A stretch of DNA of 64,000 bases from Actinomycetes bacterium (GTDB lineage: Bacteria; Actinomycetota; Acidimicrobiia; Acidimicrobiales; JAMCPL01), in contig JAKBVZ010000015.1 in the NCBI GenBank assembly GCA_021841005.1, positions 16,795-80,794 on the forward strand, written 5' to 3'. The notes under the pieces are model-generated. The model was not told where the DNA came from. It made no database searches and was given only the letters and a program-made list of their open reading frames with translations. The number at the start of each line of letters is the position of its first letter. The first letter of the stretch is position 1. The translations under genes were made by a program, and so were the position numbers. Positions 54,132 through 61,581 of the stretch are shown here, piece after piece.

Positions 54132-57100
54132 CTACGATGTGGCCGCCGTGAACCAGCCGGACACATCGACAAGTACGTTGACGCTGCCACTTCCACCGCC
54201 GTTGGCAATATTCACCGCACCACTCGATGTGAGCCCACCGATGACCATGTTCGCATCAGTGGTACCGACACCGAAGTTCACATCTGAGGTAGTCGGAGCG
54301 GTACTGCCCGAGTACACCGTCAGATAACCTCCACCGGTTCCACCGGTTGCAGTGACGTTGCCGACAAAGGCTGTTGCGCTGCTCGGGATGTTGTCGATAC
54401 CCGTGACCTGAGCGGTGATCGACTTACCAGCCGCTACTGCACCGAGTGTGCTATTTGCACTCGGCAGGTTCTCACTGGAGCAGTAGCTCGGCGGTGACGA
54501 TACGCTGCACCTAGTATCCACGATCCTCGCCGGAGTCACCGGGTTGAATAGCGAACCGGTCTGGCTGGTGGACGATCCATCGGTGTAGTAGCCGCTTACG
54601 TCCACTATGAAATTGGCGGTGCCGGAATTGTTGTAGAGCGTGATTGCCCCATTGGCGCCGACCTTCACGATTACCCTGTTCGGTACAGTCTGACCGGCAA
54701 CCCAGTTGACGGTCGACACCGTAGCCTTGGTGGCACCCGCCGGATAGGCGGTGAGGTAGCCACTGCTGGAGGTATTCACTGCAGTGAGATTCAACACCAC
54801 CGCGGATACCCCACTAGCCGGCACCGGACCCACGCCAGTTACGACGACGTTCTCCGTCTTGCCTGCGCCGAGGGTAACGAGCTTGCTGTTGGCGCTCGGA
54901 ATGGCCGAGCAATAGCTGCTCGTTATACCGGTAGGCAGAGGTGACTCGCTGCACCTGCTGTCTGCCAACCTTGTCGGGGTGACTGCGTTGTACAGACCAG
55001 CAGGAGTGCTGCCAGCCGGTGCGTAGTAGCCCTCTATGTCCACGATGTAGTTCACAGTGCCGCTGGTGCCGCCATTGGCCACGGTGATCTCGCCATTTGT
55101 GGTATTTACGGGTACCGTCACCAGGTTGGTAGCCACCTTGGTGGTAGGTGTCCAGTTGAGACTGGAGACCACCGCAGGAGTCGAGCCTTCAGGATAGATG
55201 CTCAGATAGCCACCACCGGTCATATTCACAGCGGTCACATTGACCACAACGGCCGTAGCTGTCAAAGGAATGCTGTCCACGCCTGTTACGGAGACATTCT
55301 CTGACTTAGCCGCTGCCAGAGTACCAAGAGTAGCATTTACACTTGGCAGGTTCTCCCCAGAGCAGAAGCTCGGAGCGGGTGACGCACTACAACGTGTGTC
55401 AGCAAGCCTCATTGGATTGACCGGGGTGTATGCGTCACCAGTGATGGGCGTCACAAAGGTGAACTGGTCAGCAGATGATGTCTTGCTGGTAAGCCCATTC
55501 TCACTCACCGTTACATTGACCGTACCTGCAGATTCCGCAGGGGACGTAGCCACTATCGATGTCGAAGAGCTTACTGTAACGGCAGTACCGGTAACCGTAC
55601 CGAACATCACTGTCGCGCCCGATGCAAAGTTGGTACCGGTGATGGTGACCGACGTGCCACCAGTGGTCGGACCGGAGGTCGGGCTGATGCCAGTGACCGT
55701 CGGCTGCGCAATTATGGTGTAACTAGACGTATTAGCAGGCACGATGTCCGTCGATGTATTGACCCCAAGCATATAGCTCCCCATGGCTGGGTTGGTTACG
55801 CCAGTCACAACCACACTGACTGATGCCGAATCCGCTACCGCGACAGGGCTGGTCACAGTAACCGTATCGGTACCACCGCCTGTGATTGCGGCAGCCACGG
55901 TTCCATTGACAGTGTAATCACCAGCACTGGTCGGGAACACGGTACCGCTCGGAGCCGTAAAGGTGATAGTGCCGCTGTTGGCAGCGAGTGCACCAGTCGA
56001 ACTGGTCGTAAAGCCAACGCTATATGTTGCAGTCGCACCAGCCAAATCGCTGCTCGGACTCGGACCTGTCACGCTCGAGATAGACGAACCAATGGCATAG
56101 GAGGCAGTGTCCACAGGCACCGTATCCGACGACGTGTTCACCGCAAGAGTGTAATTTCCAGATGACGGATTTGTTACGCTCGATATCGCCACCTTCACGG
56201 CTGAGGAGTTGCCAATCGCAATCGGTGTAGTGATCGTAACTGCGCTGGTGCCACCACCAGTCACTGTTGACACTGCAGTGCCACCAACTGTGTAGTCAGA
56301 TGCAGCAGACGGGAAGACCGTACCACTGCTTGCAACAGACAGAGTGATGGTACCGCTACCGGCTGCAAGCGCACCAGTGGCACTTGTAGTGAAACCGACA
56401 CTATAGGTGGCACTCGTACCCGGTGTCGCAGGCGTAGGCGATGGTCCTGTAAGATGGCTTACCGCACCTTTGATAATATACGACGCCGTAGCAACAGGAG
56501 CCAAATCGGCAGAAGTGTTGACGTTCAACACGTATCCGCTTGCTGGAGACGCTGGTGGGTTGACAACACCCACAACAACGACACTTACGCCATCACTAAC
56601 AGCCACAGCCGTAGGAGTGGTGATCGTAACCGTCGAATCCGAGTTACTGAGGGCAACTGTAGATGCTGCCACTGCAGCACCACCACCGACCGACACAGTA
56701 TAGGCACTCGCCGCAGATGGGAATACTGTACCCGCCGGAGCTGCCAACGTGATCGTACCCGTTCCGGCAGAAAGCGCACCAGTAGAGCTCGTTGTGAAGT
56801 CTACATTATACTGTGCAGACTCGCCAGAACCGTTAGCCGACATACTCAAACTTGGAGAACTAACTGCACTCTCGATCGTATAGCTCGACGTTGGCACAAC
56901 AGCCTGATCTGCCGAAGTACTGAGGTACTCGTTGTAACTTCCAGCAGACGGATTGGTAACACCATTGATGACCAGAGTACCCGCAGTGGCATCGCCGATG
57001 CCCTGCAGAGATGGCAAGGTCACCCGTGCACACGTCCACGCCGACAGTGAACTTGGAAGTGTGCTCGGGCACGCTCCACTTACACTAGCAGCAGCTATGC

Positions 57101-60100
57101 CATTCACTACAAAACTAGTTGAAGATGCTGGCAAGCCCGTAGCCGTCCCTCCTGTTGTCGCCGGCGGTACAACCACATATATATAATTCGGAATGCCGCT
57201 GGTAAACGAGGCAGTTAACCCACCAGTTGCACTAGTGGTGAGGCCGTAGACGTACTGAGCCTGCGTGGGATAAGCAGCCAAGTTGCTAATCGTCGGGCCG
57301 GTTACCTTGCTCAAGCCTGTATACACTGAAAGACTTGGCTCCACAGGCGACGTACCATTTAGACACGTTACACCACCAAGTGAACAGCCGTCCGACGATG
57401 TGGTTATGTTCATATCATACGTAGTAGATGGAGCCATAACCACAGGACCATTCGTTACGCCATTTATCACTACAAGAACACTAGCTCCACCGCTAATTGC
57501 CGTTGGCGTGGTTATCGTAACCGTCGAATCACTATTCGACAACGATACGCTCGTCGCAACGACTCCGTTCACCGTATACGCCGTTGCAGATGACGGGAAG
57601 ACCGTGCCACCGGGTGTCACCGCAAGGGTAATAGTCCCGGACCCTGCCGCCAGCGCACCACTGGAACCCGAACTGGTAGTGAAACCGACATTATACACTG
57701 CAGACTGCCCCGCTGCATTATTACTGGGGGTCAAACTAGGATTAGTAACCGAATCTGGGAGCGCCACGATAGTGTAATTCGGACCGCTCGCAAAAGCCTT
57801 CGAATCAGCACTGGACTTCACTGAAAATGCATATGTACCAGGAACTGGATTTGTCACATCACTAATTACAACAGTAACGCTAGAAGACGCTGGTACCATA
57901 ACGGGCAGATCAATGACCGGGACATCCGTAGTTGACGAGACTGCAAAGGTCACAGCAGCGACTCCATTGACAACATAATCCGAAGCCACTGTCGGCAGCG
58001 CTGAGCTAGCGGTAGAAGTCAGTGTTATAGTGCTATCAACGTTCAGCCCGCCAGTACTGCTCGTATTAAAAGACAACACATACTGGTTGTTAGGTGTGGT
58101 CGCAAAACTATTGGGCGAAATACTCGGACCCGTGACACCGCTTACGCTCTGTGGTGTAGGAGACCCTACATTGTACCAGTTACTGGTAACCGGAGTCGTG
58201 TCACCGGAAGTGTACACGCTAAGCTGATAGCTGCCTGTCGCCGCATCAGTGGTGACGCTGACGACCACTTGCACACCATCCGTCGCGGGCACCGCCGTCC
58301 CAATAACTAGCTTTACCGAATTCGTTCCTGCACCCGACACACTGCTGACCGTAACACTACTCGAAGCTGTTGTGTTCGTAACTGTGTAACCGCTACTCGG
58401 AAACTCAACCCCGCTAGGAGCCACGATGCTAATGCTACCGCCTGATTTTATACCACTCGTCGAGACAAAGCCGATTGTGTATGCACCGGAACTATCGGAG
58501 GCTGTAACACTGCTAACAGCCGTTGCAGATGTAATAGTGTATTGCGACGACGGAGCAGGGTAGTCGTTCGCCGACGTAAGTACCGCACCATACTCTGCTG
58601 TGTCAGAAGATACGCTGGGGTTGGTCACACCAGCCACCACTACAGTGACACTGGAGGAGTCCGCTATCGCTACTGGGGTAACAATTGTTGCCATAACCAT
58701 AGAACCAGATGTCACTGGAGTAACCGTTCCTGTGGCAGCCACTCCATTCACTGTATAGTCCGATCCAGTAGTCGGGAATATTGTCCCGGCAGTGGCATTG
58801 GTACTTGTCGCACTCGGACCAATAAGCGTAATAGTTCCTGAACCGGACGCAAGTGCACCGGTGCTGCCGGTGGTGAACTTATAGGTGTAATTGGCGGTTG
58901 CTCCCGATGCAAGGCTAGTAGGATCTGGCCCCGTGACTCCAGTTACTGCCGTTGCCACAGTGAACGGTGTCTTCGCTGGAGCCTGATCTGTTGAGTCACT
59001 CACATAAAGATCAGTTGGTCCAACGGTTGTTGTATTGGTAACACCAGTAACATTGACCGTAACGGTCGTGCCTGTGGAAACAGCTCCAACCGGGTTCGAT
59101 ATGGTAACGCTGTCTGTGCCACCACCCGTTATGCTGGTAGCGGCAATACCACCGTTGCCGTCATTTATCGTATATGAGCTTGGAGATGTAGGGAATGCGG
59201 TTCCGGTCGGACCGGTAAGGGTGATGGACCCATTGGAGGCGATCCCGTCGGTGGCAGAAAATGTGATTACGTCATTAGAACCACCGCCAGCCAGTACCGC
59301 ATCTGGATCTGGACTTGTTGCAAGTGCTACCGAACCGACTGAGGAAGGTGGCGTCACTATCGAGTAGCTGGGCGTAGCTGCCGGTGCAGTATCCGAGGAG
59401 GTGGACACATCAAGCGTATAGCTGCCTGCAGTTGGGTTGGTTACGCCATACACAACCACAGTCACACTCGCGGAATCTGGAATGGCCGTAAGTAGCGGAT
59501 TGGTAATCACTGCACACGTTGCTCCACTGACAGTTCCGGACGGACAGGTTGAACTTACATTCTTAGCGGCAACATTGTTTACCGTATAATCGGCTGGTGA
59601 CGACGTTGACGGCCATGTAGTCTTACCTGTTGTGTCAATCAGTGCAATGGTTCCCGGCGTCGTAGCCGTAGAAGCAGCAAGTGCTCCGGTCGAGGAGGTC
59701 TTGAATCCAATTGTGTAGATTGACTGGTCACCTGCATAATTACTTTGCGGCCCGCTCGGAGAGGGTCCTGTCACGTTCGACACTGAAGTAGCTACTGACG
59801 AAATTATATAACTTGGTGATGTGTTGACCGGAGCCGTGTCTGCAGAGGTACTCACCGCCACGGTGTATGTCCCTGCGGGCGGGTTCGTCACACCGTTGGC
59901 CACAACGGTCACGTTAGCACTATCGCCGATTGCCGTTGGAGTGGTGATGGTCGCCGTCGCGTTGGAGTTGCTCAGGCTGGGCGCTACTGATACGGCAATG
60001 CCATTGACCGTGTAAGCACTGGCAGATGACGGGAAGACCGTGCCGGTCGGTCCGGCAAGAGTAATGGTCCCTGACCCAGACACAAGCGCGCCAGTGCTAC

Positions 60101-60563
60101 TCGTGGTGAACCCAATGGTGTACAACGATGACGCACCAGCCGTCGCCGGACTAGGGCTTGGCCCGGTGGGGCTTATAACCGAGGTTGCCGCGAACGCGGT
60201 ACTACCGAGAAATGGCAACATACCGAGTCCCGCCATCAGTGCAATGCTCACGCTCGCTATCGCCCTACTGAAGGAGCGCAACTTGGCGGACCGGCTGGTC
60301 CCTATTTGGCTGCTTGTGGTTTCTTGCTCGTCCACGGCTTTGTGACCTCCTCTGTCGTATTGCGTGAATGGACCTTTGCTCGACTCTTGCACTGTGTCGC
60401 CCTGCCTTTCGTATGCGCTCATGTACTTACCATCAAAATCTATACTCATTCGATCTCCCGATGCAAATCCTACCGGTCTTTTCCGGGTAGTTCCTGAGCT
60501 ACCGCTCGTATTGCTATTCATATTTTCGCTGTTCATATTGCTGTCTGTACCACTGTTTACCAT
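54132..60563 (-). CDS. giant (2143 aa) secreted Ser/Thr/Ala/Gly-rich repeat protein: 11 ~105-130-aa modules + IPT/TIG domain + 3 Cys-pair modules
   Basis: After a ~95-aa N-region comes a signal-like segment 'AIASVSIALMAGLGMLPFLGSTAFA|AT'. Eleven modules share 'Y.(V/I)GFTTSSTGAL..GSGTITL..P.GTVFPS..S.YTV.G' and 'V.V...GVTNP..G.Y.L.V.TS.D..P'. The IPT-like segment is 'PTVTGISPTSGPTTGGTSVTITGTNF'. Three modules 'P.R..DTRCS....P.YCS...GYL..YP...VD..GY' follow. There is no LPXTG. Confidence 0.85.
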   Translation of the reverse strand: MVNSGTDSNMNSENMNSNTSGSSGTTRKRPVGFASGDRMSIDFDGKYMSAYERQGDTVQESSKGPFTQYDRGGHKAVDEQETTSSQIGTSRSAKLRSFSRAIASVSIALMAGLGMLPFLGSTAFAATSVISPTGPSPSPATAGASSLYTIGFTTSSTGALVSGSGTITLAGPTGTVFPSSASAYTVNGIAVSVAPSLSNSNATATITTPTAIGDSANVTVVANGVTNPPAGTYTVAVSTSADTAPVNTSPSYIISSVATSVSNVTGPSPSGPQSNYAGDQSIYTIGFKTSSTGALAASTATTPGTIALIDTTGKTTWPSTSSPADYTVNNVAAKNVSSTCPSGTVSGATCAVITNPLLTAIPDSASVTVVVYGVTNPTAGSYTLDVSTSSDTAPAATPSYSIVTPPSSVGSVALATSPDPDAVLAGGGSNDVITFSATDGIASNGSITLTGPTGTAFPTSPSSYTINDGNGGIAATSITGGGTDSVTISNPVGAVSTGTTVTVNVTGVTNTTTVGPTDLYVSDSTDQAPAKTPFTVATAVTGVTGPDPTSLASGATANYTYKFTTGSTGALASGSGTITLIGPSATSTNATAGTIFPTTGSDYTVNGVAATGTVTPVTSGSMVMATIVTPVAIADSSSVTVVVAGVTNPSVSSDTAEYGAVLTSANDYPAPSSQYTITSATAVSSVTASDSSGAYTIGFVSTSGIKSGGSISIVAPSGVEFPSSGYTVTNTTASSSVTVSSVSGAGTNSVKLVIGTAVPATDGVQVVVSVTTDAATGSYQLSVYTSGDTTPVTSNWYNVGSPTPQSVSGVTGPSISPNSFATTPNNQYVLSFNTSSTGGLNVDSTITLTSTASSALPTVASDYVVNGVAAVTFAVSSTTDVPVIDLPVMVPASSSVTVVISDVTNPVPGTYAFSVKSSADSKAFASGPNYTIVALPDSVTNPSLTPSNNAAGQSAVYNVGFTTSSGSSGALAAGSGTITLAVTPGGTVFPSSATAYTVNGVVATSVSLSNSDSTVTITTPTAISGGASVLVVINGVTNGPVVMAPSTTYDMNITTSSDGCSLGGVTCLNGTSPVEPSLSVYTGLSKVTGPTISNLAAYPTQAQYVYGLTTSATGGLTASFTSGIPNYIYVVVPPATTGGTATGLPASSTSFVVNGIAAASVSGACPSTLPSSLSAWTCARVTLPSLQGIGDATAGTLVINGVTNPSAGSYNEYLSTSADQAVVPTSSYTIESAVSSPSLSMSANGSGESAQYNVDFTTSSTGALSAGTGTITLAAPAGTVFPSAASAYTVSVGGGAAVAASTVALSNSDSTVTITTPTAVAVSDGVSVVVVGVVNPPASPASGYVLNVNTSADLAPVATASYIIKGAVSHLTGPSPTPATPGTSATYSVGFTTSATGALAAGSGTITLSVASSGTVFPSAASDYTVGGTAVSTVTGGGTSAVTITTPIAIGNSSAVKVAISSVTNPSSGNYTLAVNTSSDTVPVDTASYAIGSSISSVTGPSPSSDLAGATATYSVGFTTSSTGALAANSGTITFTAPSGTVFPTSAGDYTVNGTVAAAITGGGTDTVTVTSPVAVADSASVSVVVTGVTNPAMGSYMLGVNTSTDIVPANTSSYTIIAQPTVTGISPTSGPTTGGTSVTITGTNFASGATVMFGTVTGTAVTVSSSTSIVATSPAESAGTVNVTVSENGLTSKTSSADQFTFVTPITGDAYTPVNPMRLADTRCSASPAPSFCSGENLPSVNATLGTLAAAKSENVSVTGVDSIPLTATAVVVNVTAVNMTGGGYLSIYPEGSTPAVVSSLNWTPTTKVATNLVTVPVNTTNGEITVANGGTSGTVNYIVDIEGYYAPAGSTPAGLYNAVTPTRLADSRCSESPLPTGITSSYCSAIPSANSKLVTLGAGKTENVVVTGVGPVPASGVSAVVLNLTAVNTSSSGYLTAYPAGATKATVSTVNWVAGQTVPNRVIVKVGANGAITLYNNSGTANFIVDVSGYYTDGSSTSQTGSLFNPVTPARIVDTRCSVSSPPSYCSSENLPSANSTLGAVAAGKSITAQVTGIDNIPSSATAFVGNVTATGGTGGGYLTVYSGSTAPTTSDVNFGVGTTDANMVIGGLTSSGAVNIANGGGSGSVNVLVDVSGWFTAATS

Positions 60564-60935
60564 GATTTAATGTGTTCTGTCAAGCTCGTAGCCATACTTG
60601 GCATCCACACTTGCGTGACACAGCCGTGACTTTAGCAGCAAAATGTCCTGCCGTGCAAGTACTTTTCGTAATATCCTATCTGACCAGGTATTTCCCAGAC
60701 TATATCGCATGGGATATCAGGTTAGTCGGCTTTCGTGACTCTGTCAAGTATTTCGGCGAAATTCCTCCTGGCGGATTCCCAAGGCCCTTGAGGTTGATGG
60801 CAAACTGAGTACCATGACCGTAACGGTTGCAGCATCGAAGGATCAGAACCCTAACGCCAACCCGGACATTGGTCCGGGCTCAAATCCAGGCTCAGGCCTA
60901 GGTCCCAAGGCCAGTGTCAAGCCCCGCCCAGACGT

Positions 60936-61445
60936 TTACCGCCTCCAATCTCGACACCATGGAAGACGATGGGTACCGCCGCGAGGTGATGGAAGGAAGA
61001 TTGATCGTGACACCGTCTCCGATAAGCGAGCACCAAGGCGCAGCCGTCCGGCTCTAGTCTTTACTGGACAGTCACCGCCCTGACGGCTTTAGGGTCATGA
61101 TAGCCCCTCTCGACTGACGTACCTCTGATGGAAACAGCCTGCAGCTGATCTCATGGTCATACGTGAAGAGGACTACAACCCTAAGGGCTTCCAGCTCGCC
61201 ACCCCGCTGCTCGTAGTCGAGGTGCTCTCTCTCCACAATGATCTACGACAAAGGAGACTAGCTCAAGATCTACGAGACGCTGAAGGTTCCCAGCTACTGG
61301 ATAGTGGACCCGGCTGTTCCAAGCCTTATCGCGTTGCAGTTGCGCGACGGGAGCTACGTTCAAGTTGCACAGGTGACCGCTTCCGAGACCTACGAGGCCG
61401 ATCTTCCCTATCCCGCACCGGTGGTACCTGCCGATCTCGTTCGCT
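60936..61445 (+). pseudogene. decayed Uma2-family (DUF820) endonuclease gene
   Basis: Fragments 'DDGYRREVMEGRLIVTPSPISEHQ', 'TPLLVVEVLS' and 'YETLKVPSYWIVDPAVPSLIALQLRDGSY' lie in different frames and are interrupted by stop codons. Confidence 0.75.
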
Positions 61446-61581
61446 GAAAGGACCATCCACTCCACCGGGTCACACGTACCGGTGGTATCTGCCGATCTCT
61501 TCCGCTGAGGAGCCGCTGAACACGGTGGGCATGGGCTGGCCAACGAATAGCGGCAGGTAGTCCGACAGACGAGTGAACATC

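Noticed and set aside
60283-60563. The ~95-aa hydrophilic N-terminal region of the giant protein as a separate small gene or a mis-called start.
   Set aside because: There is no in-frame start codon close to the hydrophobic signal-like segment, and the frame is continuous. I kept it as a long signal-peptide N-region, but the true start is unverified.
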